A stretch of 60,335 nucleotides of DNA, from positions 1-60,335 of the IMG/VR virus record IMGVR_UViG_3300047553_000096; one strand, given 5' to 3'. A program made the translations under genes and the position numbers. The notes below the pieces were generated by a model. The model made no database searches and was not told where the DNA came from. It saw only the letters and a list, made by a program, of their open reading frames with translations. How positions within the stretch are numbered: position 1 is the stretch's first letter; each line of letters opens with the position of its first letter. This stretch comes from a virus (taxonomy: Duplodnaviria > Caudoviricetes). Below, piece after piece: positions 25,629 to 33,236 of the stretch.

Positions 25629-25945
25629 GATGCCCTCAGATTGAAAGGATTGTTGAAGTTGATCTCGAATACTTCCTCGACCGACCCGTTTTGCATGATT
25701 TTCTTCTTCACCTTTGAGTCTGCTGCGAGATAAGAATAAGAGAGCCCTGCTTTCTTAGCTGGCGACGATTGCTTCCAGACCATGCCCCTAATGACTTTGC
25801 CATCCAAGATGAGAGGCTCTAACGAGTTCTGGATAGAACGTGGGCTAACTTTTAACTTCTCTGCGAGTTCAATAGTCGTAACCGGTGTTGTTCTTGACTG
25901 TAGGTACTTCAGACAAACTTCACCCCTGCTAACCTTTTGTGTCAT
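25625..25945 (-). CDS. Winged-helix DNA-binding protein
   Basis: PVTTIELAEKLKVSPRSIQNSL HTH; ends NNPFNLRAS. Confidence 0.65.
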   Translation of the reverse strand: MTQKVSRGEVCLKYLQSRTTPVTTIELAEKLKVSPRSIQNSLEPLILDGKVIRGMVWKQSSPAKKAGLSYSYLAADSKVKKKIMQNGSVEEVFEINFNNPFNLRAS

Positions 25946-26106
25946 GCCATATCTCCTGTCATGTCGATTTCTGTTTCTTGCAAGGTCTTGGTTGCTAACT
26001 TCAAGTCTTGCAAGAGAATCCGCAACTCTCGGCTATGGACAATCACATAGTCGTTTTCTTCTGCCAGCTTAAAAAGCAATTTGTATGCTCTTTCTTTCTC
26101 GTTCAT
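25942..26106 (-). CDS. Hypothetical protein, 54 aa
   Basis: Start re-placed at MNEKERAY (ATGA overlap with the rep gene). Confidence 0.6.
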   Translation of the reverse strand: MNEKERAYKLLFKLAEENDYVIVHSRELRILLQDLKLATKTLQETEIDMTGDMA

Positions 26107-26465
26107 GCTGCCCTCAACTTCTCTGAGATCCTTGCCTTCCAAGAGTTCCAATCCTCTCCTGGTCTAGCTGGACAATTTACTTTTGCTGCCATCTCAGCAG
26201 TACCTTTCTCTGTAGCCCACCACACAACAACCTTCTCTTGTGCAGGTGCGATCTCTAGTTCATCTTCCCATCTTCCTTGGTTCAGCCAGGTAGCAGGATG
26301 CGGAATAAACTCCTGACCTGTTCCCTTCACCTGGTAATACTTGTTGTGCGTCACCAGAGCCTCTACAGCGGACTTTTGCTCAGCAGGCGATAGTTTGTTC
26401 CATGCCTTCTGTGCAGCGCGTTTGGCGACCTTTCTTGGGTACTTACTCCAGAACTCTTCAAACAT
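26103..26465 (-). CDS. Replication initiator-like protein (C-terminal domain only, 120 aa)
   Basis: FEEFWSKYPRKVAK..A.KAW.KL and FIPHPATWLNQ.RWEDE motifs; AGGAGG RBS before ATG 26465. Confidence 0.7.
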   Translation of the reverse strand: MFEEFWSKYPRKVAKRAAQKAWNKLSPAEQKSAVEALVTHNKYYQVKGTGQEFIPHPATWLNQGRWEDELEIAPAQEKVVVWWATEKGTAEMAAKVNCPARPGEDWNSWKARISEKLRAA

Positions 26466-26534
26466 AAAACCTCCTGTGTTGGAGTTTTTACTGTAGACCT
26501 TTTTTTGTTTGTTGAATGTCGCTGAGATGACATT

Positions 26535-26680
26535 CGGCAAAACCGGCAAACAGACAGGCAAAACCGGCAAACTCATTTGCCTGTAAATATTTCTTTTTAA
26601 TCATAGGCTTATGCAAGTACAGGCAAAACAGGCAAAGCAAGCAAGCAAAACAGGCAAACAATTGCGCAAACTTGCCTGTG
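26535..26680. repeat. GGCAAA iteron-like repeats around an AT-rich spacer (putative origin)
   Basis: GGCAAA at 26536, 26545, 26557, 26566, 26622, 26631, 26653; inverted TTGCCTG near 26577 and 26672; AT-rich 26584-26604. Confidence 0.6.
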
Positions 26681-26764
26681 GATAATGCCTGAGCCATTTT
26701 CTTGTGCTTATGCCTAAGACTAGAGGTGACAAAAGTGCCAGAATAGATATGTTCCTCGCAAAGA

Positions 26765-27120
26765 CCCCCCTACCCCCAACGGGAGTAGAGAGAGATGGTT
26801 CCTCGGACGTTACCGTCATCTGCATGTGCCTTTCGACACCCCTCGGCTTGCAGATTCGACCAGCCGCTGGATTCTTACGGATTTGCACCGGCTCACAAAC
26901 ATCGTGGCTTACCAGTAACCCTTTTCTTGTCAGCAGTCGGGATAACTCATTGCTTACGCGGACAGTACGGTCAGCGCCAAAAGCAAAACCCCAGAACACT
27001 TAGGAGGGGCATGGCCCTTGGCATGGGCAATTACGCAGTCTCAGGAAGAAAGACCTTGTAACCACACAAGCCCCACCTAAACATTCTGGGGTTTACTTCC
27101 TGACTGCCAGTTGCCACGCT
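26765..27120 (-). ncRNA. Putative structured leader or ncRNA
   Basis: Several stems whose imperfect pairs are G-U only on the minus strand; GAAA and GUAA tetraloops; A-B-A'-B' alternative pairing. Confidence 0.55.
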
Positions 27121-27129
27121 GACAGAGCA

Positions 27130-27157
27130 ACTATATCACATCTCTACGACCTTACAA
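27130..27157 (-). promoter_or_regulatory. Putative sigma70 promoter
   Basis: TTGTAA-N16-TATAGT with extended -10 TGn; predicted start near 27123, right at the structured leader. Confidence 0.45.
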
Positions 27158-27489
27158 GTCCACCCCTCTTTTAGCTTCCCCCAACCATGAACCTCGATCT
27201 TCCAGCCTGCCCTCAAGATAGCCGGAAGATGCTCGCACTCTGCAATCTTCTTCACCCTGGCGTTGATATTGGCCCTGCTCGTTGTCTGCACCAGCAGCGT
27301 CTCTTCGCCTCTGAGGCAAAGTATGTCTCCGATACTGAAAAGGTCTTGCCGGATACGCGCCCAAGGGTTCCAGTGCTCGACGATCTGACATAAATAACCT
27401 CGCTCCCTAAGTAAAGCTAGAGACCTCTGAGTAGGACTAACCGACGAACGGCGTGTTTTCTTGGTGTCAGTGGCAGAGATTGTCGTCAC
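27136..27489 (-). CDS. PD-(D/E)XK nuclease / Holliday-junction-resolvase-like protein
   Basis: SPTQRSL..LR.RGY...VE.WN, DLF..GDIL, LLVQ.T motifs; start uncertain. Confidence 0.6.
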   Translation of the reverse strand: MTTISATDTKKTRRSSVSPTQRSLALLRERGYLCQIVEHWNPWARIRQDLFSIGDILCLRGEETLLVQTTSRANINARVKKIAECEHLPAILRAGWKIEVHGWGKLKEGWTCKVVEM

Positions 27490-27558
27490 GATGACAGTCT
27501 TTAGTAGTTGATGAGCCTAAGATTACTCCATCGACACAAACAAACCAGGAGCCAACAA

Positions 27559-27768
27559 ATGAAATACAAATTAAATGTAAAACGTGACGTTGACACCGAT
27601 GAGCCAGGCGTGTTCATCCTTAATCTTCCCAACGGTTGGCGTTTTGATGACAACGATGGTCACAGGCCTGGCGATTACTCGCATGTTCGTGGCTACGACT
27701 CAATGAAAGAGCTTCGTGACGACATCAAACACGCAGTCATCCCTTGCCAATGTGCAGATTGCAGCTAA
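27559..27768 (+). CDS. Hypothetical early protein, 69 aa, C-terminal CxCxxC
   Basis: AGGAG RBS at 27547 before ATG 27559. Confidence 0.65.
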   Translation: MKYKLNVKRDVDTDEPGVFILNLPNGWRFDDNDGHRPGDYSHVRGYDSMKELRDDIKHAVIPCQCADCS

Positions 27769-27776
27769 ACAACTAT

Positions 27777-27790
27777 GGGGCTTCGGCCCC
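27777..27790 (+). promoter_or_regulatory. cUUCGg tetraloop hairpin just upstream of an RBS
   Basis: GGGGC-TTCG-GCCCC followed by TACAGGAGCC. Confidence 0.6.
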
Positions 27791-27804
27791 TACAGGAGCC
27801 AATA

Positions 27805-27993
27805 ATGTCAATCAAAATCAGCGAGATAGTTGCAGCAATAGAAGTTTTAAGCAGGCTTGAGAAATCAAGTTTTGCACAGTTTTCTGATCCAAGGTTTGTT
27901 GGAAAGTTGCAAGGTGAAGCATTTCTTGCGCTATACCCGCTCAAACACGGTATTGAAAACCTTAACTTAGAAGTCGAGGTAACAAATGACTGA
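27805..27993 (+). CDS. Hypothetical early protein, 62 aa
   Basis: AGGAG RBS at 27794 before ATG 27805. Confidence 0.65.
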   Translation: MSIKISEIVAAIEVLSRLEKSSFAQFSDPRFVGKLQGEAFLALYPLKHGIENLNLEVEVTND

Positions 27994-28120
27994 CTATGAC
28001 TGGTGGTTGGACAGAGAACTTTACGAATATGACAGAGAAAGGGAAAGAGACTATGAGCTACAACAACAGTTGGAACAACAGGAGTACGAACTTGGAGAAA
28101 TGGAAACCGACGAGGAGTGA
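27986..28120 (+). CDS. Highly acidic 44-aa protein (not in the ORF track)
   Basis: GAGGT RBS at 27976; MTDYDWWLDRELYEYDRERERDYELQQQLEQQEYELGEMETDEE. Confidence 0.65.
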   Translation: MTDYDWWLDRELYEYDRERERDYELQQQLEQQEYELGEMETDEE

Positions 28121-28184
28121 TTGGATCTTATGCACGCTATTGGGAATATTCTACGGAACGCTGCTCTTCCTGTTCATAAAGTAA
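28053..28184 (+). CDS. Small single-pass membrane protein
   Basis: Hydrophobic WILCTLLGIFYGTLLFLFI; overlaps the acidic ORF. Confidence 0.45.
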   Translation: MSYNNSWNNRSTNLEKWKPTRSDWILCTLLGIFYGTLLFLFIK

Positions 28185-28195
28185 AGGAGCTAAAC

Positions 28196-28726
28196 ATGAA
28201 ATTCGCTGAGTTAAACAAAATCAACGTCAACAGCAAGATCGAGAAGAAGAACAACCTCTCGTATCTATCCTGGGCATGGGCTGTAGAACAACTTTTGCTC
28301 AACGATCCGACTGCTACGTGGGAGTACAAGCCCCATCAGATGTGGAACGAGACGGTCATGGTGTTCTGCGAGGTCAAAGCATTTGGAGTTTCTCGCACTG
28401 CACAACTTCCGGTGATGGACCACAGAAACAAGGCGATCTCTAACCCAGATTCCTTCCAGGTCAATACCGCTATGCAGCGATGCTTGGCTAAGGCTATCGC
28501 GTTGCATGGTCTCGGTTTATATATTTATGCTGGAGAGGATCTTCCTAGCGAAGAAAAGGTCGATGAGCTTGAGGCCTACAAGTCAAAACTCGAAGCAGCA
28601 GAGTCGCTAGACGCGTTAAAAGCAGAGTTCTCTCCGGCCTACAAAGCCATGAAAGACAAGCCAGAAATAAAAGAACTCGTCGCAGTTTACGAAGCCAAGA
28701 AGAAAGCACTCACGGAAGTCAAATGA
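28196..28726 (+). CDS. Sak/DUF1071-type single-strand annealing protein
   Basis: IEKK.NLSYLSWAWA, LPVMD.RNK and N.AMQRCL.KAIA.HGLGLYIYAGEDLP; AAGGAG RBS before ATG 28196. Confidence 0.85.
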   Translation: MKFAELNKINVNSKIEKKNNLSYLSWAWAVEQLLLNDPTATWEYKPHQMWNETVMVFCEVKAFGVSRTAQLPVMDHRNKAISNPDSFQVNTAMQRCLAKAIALHGLGLYIYAGEDLPSEEKVDELEAYKSKLEAAESLDALKAEFSPAYKAMKDKPEIKELVAVYEAKKKALTEVK

Positions 28727-29076
28727 ACTTAGACCGATTTGAAGAGGGTTTGATCGACGACATCCAGACTGACCGCTGCAAGAAACTCTTGTGGTCGGTC
28801 ATCAACCTGGCAGTTGAAGATGCGTGCCGCGCTCCGTACAACAAAAAGCCAAGCACCGAGTCAATAACCGCGATGAGGTTTTTAATCGGGAACGGCAAGG
28901 AAGCCGATCTCGATTCTTGGCTGATGTGGCTGGACGTAAACGGTCCGGTGTTCAGAAGGAGACTCTTGGAAGCGATGTTCTCGGATCACCACGATAAGTT
29001 CCCAGACATGGCAAGAAGGGCTTTCAGAGCAAATTACAACTGGTGGAGGCTCAATGCGACTGATTTTAACGACTGA
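28723..29076 (+). CDS. Hypothetical protein, 117 aa
   Basis: ATGA-coupled; LLWSVI..AVEDA motif. Confidence 0.7.
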   Translation: MNLDRFEEGLIDDIQTDRCKKLLWSVINLAVEDACRAPYNKKPSTESITAMRFLIGNGKEADLDSWLMWLDVNGPVFRRRLLEAMFSDHHDKFPDMARRAFRANYNWWRLNATDFND

Positions 29077-29473
29077 GAATGACCGCAGGAGGGCTATAGA
29101 GGCTCTACAAGGCGCTGAATTAGGTTACATGGTAACTATTACCAAACCTACTCGTACAGCGGCTCAGAATCGGTTTTATTGGGCCATCCTTACTGCGTGT
29201 TCTGAGCAACTCATGAACCAGGAATATACCCAAGACATCTGGCACGAGTGGGCTAAGACTCGATTCTTGCCAACAAGGATCGTAGACCTACCTGGAGGCC
29301 AAGTGAAGGAGATAGAACCGAGCACCGCTTCTCTCACGGTCTCTGAGTTCTCTGATCTTGTGGAACAGCTCCTCCAGTACGCATTGGAGAAAGGCTTGAT
29401 TTGGACTGATGAGATGAAAGACGCTGAACTAGACTTAAGGAAGATCAATGTACATAAACAAAAAGCTGCTTGA
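29054..29473 (+). CDS. NinB/YbcN-like recombination protein
   Basis: RT.AQN.FYWA and ST..LTV.EFS.L.E motifs. Confidence 0.7.
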   Translation: MRLILTTENDRRRAIEALQGAELGYMVTITKPTRTAAQNRFYWAILTACSEQLMNQEYTQDIWHEWAKTRFLPTRIVDLPGGQVKEIEPSTASLTVSEFSDLVEQLLQYALEKGLIWTDEMKDAELDLRKINVHKQKAA

Positions 29474-29738
29474 GGCTTGCAGGCATATCCCCTGCGGGTC
29501 TTGTTTTGCAGAGGATGGAACGATTGTCGCTGCACACAGGAACCAAGGAAAAGGCATGGGCATCAAGGTATCTGATGCTTTAGTAGCATCCCTGTGCTTT
29601 CGTTGTCACACATACTTGGACCAGGGAAAGGATATGTCTCGTGAAGAGCGTCGAGACTTCTGGAACCAGGCGTATATCAACACGATGCAGGCAATGATCG
29701 AACGAGGATGGTTAAAGGTGCAAAATGCAAAGAACTGA
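29448..29738 (+). CDS. DUF1364/YbcO-like Zn-binding nuclease
   Basis: PC..C, AAH.N.GKGMG.K..D and LC..CH..LD motifs. Confidence 0.65.
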   Translation: MYINKKLLEACRHIPCGSCFAEDGTIVAAHRNQGKGMGIKVSDALVASLCFRCHTYLDQGKDMSREERRDFWNQAYINTMQAMIERGWLKVQNAKN

Positions 29739-30318
29739 GGATTGGTTTAAGGCAAGACTAGGCCATGTAACGGCTTCTAGGGCTTCAGACGCGATTGCCA
29801 AGCAAGGTACGGCTACACGCAGGAACTACGCAATACAGCTCGTCACAGAGCGTCTGACAGGCTTACAGGGCGATTCATTCACTAACGCAGCTATGCAGTG
29901 GGGTACAGAGCAAGAACCTATCGCTAGAGTCGCGTATGAGCAGGCTACAGGCTCGATTGTGGAGCAGACAGGCTTTCACAAGCACAAGAGCATAGAATGG
30001 CTTGGAGCGAGTCCTGATGGGTTTGTGGGCTCAGGGCTGATCGAGATCAAGTGTCCCAACAGTAACACTCATGTTGATTATTTACTCGCAAAGGAGGTTC
30101 CGACTAAGTACAAGTCTCAAATGCTTACTCAAATGCTCGTGACAGGAAGAACATGGTGCGACTTTGTTAGCTTCGACCCAAGGCTTCCAGATCACTTGCA
30201 GTTATTCATTGTTAGATACGAACCAAAGCCAGAGGAGTTCAAGATCATCGAGCTACAACTCACGAACTTTCTAGCTGAGGTTGCAGAAATGGAGAAATCG
30301 CTATGCCAAAAGAACTAA
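29725..30318 (+). CDS. YqaJ/lambda-exonuclease-like recombinase
   Basis: W...RLG.VTAS, WG.EQEP.AR, GASPDG, IEIKCP and WCDFVSFDPR. Confidence 0.9.
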   Translation: MQRTEDWFKARLGHVTASRASDAIAKQGTATRRNYAIQLVTERLTGLQGDSFTNAAMQWGTEQEPIARVAYEQATGSIVEQTGFHKHKSIEWLGASPDGFVGSGLIEIKCPNSNTHVDYLLAKEVPTKYKSQMLTQMLVTGRTWCDFVSFDPRLPDHLQLFIVRYEPKPEEFKIIELQLTNFLAEVAEMEKSLCQKN

Positions 30319-30524
30319 CCGGAAGTATTAGCAAGAACAAGAAAAAAGAAAAAGACGCTCACCCTGATTACCGAGGGTCAGCGACTATCGGAGGGATTGA
30401 CTACTGGATCTCAGCCTGGGTCAACGAGGGATCGGATGGAAAGTATTTAGGGTTGAAGTTCCAGCAAAAAGATGGAGAGTCAAAACCCGTAAAACAAGAC
30501 GATGACGATTCCGTTCCATTCTGA
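30303..30524 (+). CDS. Small ssDNA-binding-like protein
   Basis: HPDY.G....G..YWISAW; acidic DDDDSVPF tail typical of SSBs. Confidence 0.55.
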   Translation: MPKELTGSISKNKKKEKDAHPDYRGSATIGGIDYWISAWVNEGSDGKYLGLKFQQKDGESKPVKQDDDDSVPF

Positions 30525-30534
30525 GGAGACAGAT

Positions 30535-30765
30535 ATGCACCTAAGCAAACACCAAAGCCTGTTGAGGCAGGCTTATATTGTTAGACCTAAACTCATAACC
30601 GATGATTCTCCAGCTTTAGATAAAGCGATCAAGACCATCGAGAGCGAGAATCCCAGTGCCTTCTGGAAAGAGAAGGACTTTGAAAAACGGAGGTTCTATC
30701 ATGCACCACGGCCAGGCACTCCTTACGCGGCTGCTACTCATGCGTGGCCGAAGGAACTACTATGA
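30535..30765 (+). CDS. Hypothetical protein
   Basis: GAGGAG RBS before ATG 30535. Confidence 0.6.
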   Translation: MHLSKHQSLLRQAYIVRPKLITDDSPALDKAIKTIESENPSAFWKEKDFEKRRFYHAPRPGTPYAAATHAWPKELL

Positions 30766-30950
30766 GCAACTGGAAAGAGTTAATCGAGAATCAGACGAGG
30801 AAAGAGCGGTTCAGACCCGTCGAAGAAATATGGAGGGAGCGCGGCTGGATTCCACCGTCAACAGAGTGCCCAGACACAATGGCAAAACATAAGGCTTTTA
30901 AGGAGTGGTCGATCCGTGGAATCGTGGATCAACCTTATCAAGCAAGTTAA
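30762..30950 (+). CDS. Hypothetical protein
   Basis: ATGA-coupled start; WRERGWIPPS motif. Confidence 0.6.
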   Translation: MSNWKELIENQTRKERFRPVEEIWRERGWIPPSTECPDTMAKHKAFKEWSIRGIVDQPYQAS

Positions 30951-31152
30951 GTCGTCTGATGTAGAAGAAATAACGGCGGCGTATAACCAAGCGTTGCCGT
31001 TTGTCGTTCAAGACTGGGCGAAGATGATCTTAAAGTTAGCTAAAAGCAAACGACTTCCGATCATCGAGAAGATCGACAAGGTACACGGGGATAAGATCGG
31101 CCAGATGGTGCGAGATGAAGTTACCGCGCAACACAAAAGACCTAAGACTTAG
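30916..31152 (+). CDS. Hypothetical protein, 78 aa
   Basis: Last gene of the plus-strand operon; converges on the holin gene. Confidence 0.6.
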   Translation: MESWINLIKQVKSSDVEEITAAYNQALPFVVQDWAKMILKLAKSKRLPIIEKIDKVHGDKIGQMVRDEVTAQHKRPKT

Positions 31153-31567
31153 CTGGAGGAACAACACCCTTAACGCGCTCAAAACTCCTCATTCCGGCAA
31201 TCCCAAGCATCCCGCTTAAAATAACCCATAGAGCGTCGGTATCTAGCATGGGAGGAGGCTTTACCTCTTGCGGAACGATCTGTTCTGCCTGCATCCAAGT
31301 CCACGCCCAGACTAAAAGCGGGTAAGCAAGAAACTGATAGAACATCGCGCCCGCACCAACCCAACCAATAGCAGGTCTCCAGCCAGCAACAAACATATTC
31401 TGGTTGGCAGCTTCGACCTTGTTAACTTCCATCTGACCGAGGTCTATCGCCTGGTCGATACGCTTGGCTTCAAGCTCAAGCTCCATGCGTTCCTTATCGG
31501 ATGTGTGCAGGTCTCCGATAACTTTTCCGACGCTATCAACGATGGAAGAGATTCCGAGCAGGTTCAT
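31142..31567 (-). CDS. 3TM holin (GTA-holin-like)
   Basis: TSD.ER, Q.EVNK.EA, FVAGWRPAIGWV and GMLG..GMRSFE motifs; next to the endolysin. Confidence 0.8.
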   Translation of the reverse strand: MNLLGISSIVDSVGKVIGDLHTSDKERMELELEAKRIDQAIDLGQMEVNKVEAANQNMFVAGWRPAIGWVGAGAMFYQFLAYPLLVWAWTWMQAEQIVPQEVKPPPMLDTDALWVILSGMLGIAGMRSFERVKGVVPPAKS

Positions 31568-32064
31568 AGCTTGAGCGTCCTAGAAACCCAACCAAGAAGA
31601 AACTTAAGTTGGCTGCGATCACGCAAAACAATGTCTCGATAACGAGCGATCTTTGCCAGCGCGTAATAAGCCACAAATAGCTCAGGATTAGCTTGGTTAA
31701 GTGCTGATATGGTCTTAGGGCCGATAACGCCATCTGGGGCCGTTTTGACGCATATCTGGGCAAGTTTGATGGATACGGGTACGCCAGCATTGACAGCAAA
31801 GTTAAAGAGGGACGAGGCTACAACGTCATGCGTTAAGTCATCGCCTTTGATCTTGTCCCAGAAGTTCTCTTTATAGAAGTCTCGGACTAACTGTGTCGGA
31901 GGTGTTTCCTGGTAGTCAATGTGTTGCCAGCCCTCCCACTTGGGGTGCATCTTGCGAGCAATACCAGCGTAAGTTTGACCGCCTCGGTCTCCCTGGACTT
32001 CGTGAAGGACGTAACCTCCTTCGTCCTCCATCATCTTGTCAAACGCTTGTTCAAAGTTAGCCAA
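31564..32064 (-). CDS. GH108 endolysin with peptidoglycan-binding domain
   Basis: EGGY...D.GG.T.AGI, FAVNAG, DGVIGPKT and FLLGW..R motifs; start re-placed at TTG 32064. Confidence 0.85.
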   Translation of the reverse strand: MANFEQAFDKMMEDEGGYVLHEVQGDRGGQTYAGIARKMHPKWEGWQHIDYQETPPTQLVRDFYKENFWDKIKGDDLTHDVVASSLFNFAVNAGVPVSIKLAQICVKTAPDGVIGPKTISALNQANPELFVAYYALAKIARYRDIVLRDRSQLKFLLGWVSRTLKL

Positions 32065-32992
32065 CGGCTTGCCCCCTAAAGTATGCAGTCCCTTCGATAA
32101 CCTCGACGAGTTCCGGAGGTAAGAGTAGACCATCTCTAAAACACAAGACAGCAAAGCCTGAGCACCAGGGAACAGGATTGTCCTCAATGTAAGAGAACTG
32201 ACCGCCATCAGGATCAGCTAACATCCCCGTAGAAATACCGTATCTACGCCCTCGATAGTCGCCCCAACCTTTTACCTCTAAGAGATGGGTATGCCCTGAG
32301 ACCGTAGAGATGCCTGCTTTTAGGGTGTTGTTGTAACCTGAATGGATGCCTGAATGTTGGAGTCTATGCTTGATCATGCAGATGTCATTGACCATGACCG
32401 ACCAACTGACAGACCACTCCGGTAGATGATCCTTTAGAGTTGTGCCTTGTATGCCTTTGAACTCAGGAACAGATCCGGCTAATCTTTTGTCAAACCGTAT
32501 GTCATGGTTGCCTGTAGTCCGATGCAAGAAAGTGCCTAGACCTTTACAAGCCTTGACGATCTGATCCATATGCCACTGAACTGCTTCGAGTTCGTCTCGT
32601 AAGCTCGTGACTGGCTCCCAATCCATAGGGCCGTACTTAGAGATTGTTCCCCCGTCGAGAATATCTCCGTTTGCGATAATCGCTTTGGGCTTTAGGATCT
32701 TGATGAGTTTAAGTAGCGCATTGAATCCCGCAGAAGGCTCTCCAGGCATAAAGTGAGCGTCAGAGAATACGATCACATAGCCTTCCGTTTCTAACGTCGC
32801 TCGCCTACGATTTTCGGGTAAGGTAAAACGAGCGTCCTTTGTGGGTAGGAAAATGTTGTATTTCTTCTCGATTGCCCTTCTTCGCTCGTACACATTGCGA
32901 AGAGTAAGACCGATACGGTCTGAAATCTTCGTTGGGCTGCCTAGTTCTTTCCAGACTCTGATGAACTCTTCATCTTCTGCCTTTTTTCTCAC
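32057..32992 (-). CDS. Calcineurin-like metallophosphoesterase with N-terminal HTH-like segment
   Basis: SDAH, NGDILD, GNHD, KH and GHTH motifs. Confidence 0.8.
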   Translation of the reverse strand: MRKKAEDEEFIRVWKELGSPTKISDRIGLTLRNVYERRRAIEKKYNIFLPTKDARFTLPENRRRATLETEGYVIVFSDAHFMPGEPSAGFNALLKLIKILKPKAIIANGDILDGGTISKYGPMDWEPVTSLRDELEAVQWHMDQIVKACKGLGTFLHRTTGNHDIRFDKRLAGSVPEFKGIQGTTLKDHLPEWSVSWSVMVNDICMIKHRLQHSGIHSGYNNTLKAGISTVSGHTHLLEVKGWGDYRGRRYGISTGMLADPDGGQFSYIEDNPVPWCSGFAVLCFRDGLLLPPELVEVIEGTAYFRGQAVG

Positions 32993-33236
32993 GCCAAACT
33001 CCGCGCTCTATGCTCTGGATCATCTTGCGCGGAATCACCAAAGACTGAGCAATTGCGTCGTCAGTCAATGACTGACAAATTTTCACGCCCTGCTTGGTCT
33101 CTCCTAATAAGAATCCTATAGAGACAACAAGCGGAACCTGAAAGTCCTTGGCTTTCTCTGGGCTATCACCCCACCCAAGAGTGTCGTGGCAGGCATCTTC
33201 CCAAACTACTTTAACTATCGGAAGATTGTGCTTCAT
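32970..33236 (-). CDS. Conserved phage hypothetical protein
   Basis: V.V.WEDA...SIGFLL...IPR.MI pattern. Confidence 0.7.
   Translation of the reverse strand: MKHNLPIVKVVWEDACHDTLGWGDSPEKAKDFQVPLVVSIGFLLGETKQGVKICQSLTDDAIAQSLVIPRKMIQSIERGVWREKKGRR

Noticed and set aside
24318-26680. Short repeats as a CRISPR array or DGR template/variable repeats
   Set aside because: Repeats are short, irregularly spaced or coding; no cas or reverse transcriptase gene in the window.
26876-26893. CCGGTGCAAATCCG (minus strand) as a cobalamin riboswitch or tRNA T-arm
   Set aside because: No B12 box or cloverleaf around it; at most an isolated T-loop-like motif.
26488-27061. ORFs 26601-26999 (-), 26488-26697 (-), 26704-27003 (+), 26795-27061 (+) and the extended rep start at 26576
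   Set aside because: They translate repeats and hairpins, lack convincing RBSs, and the region is better explained as structured non-coding sequence.
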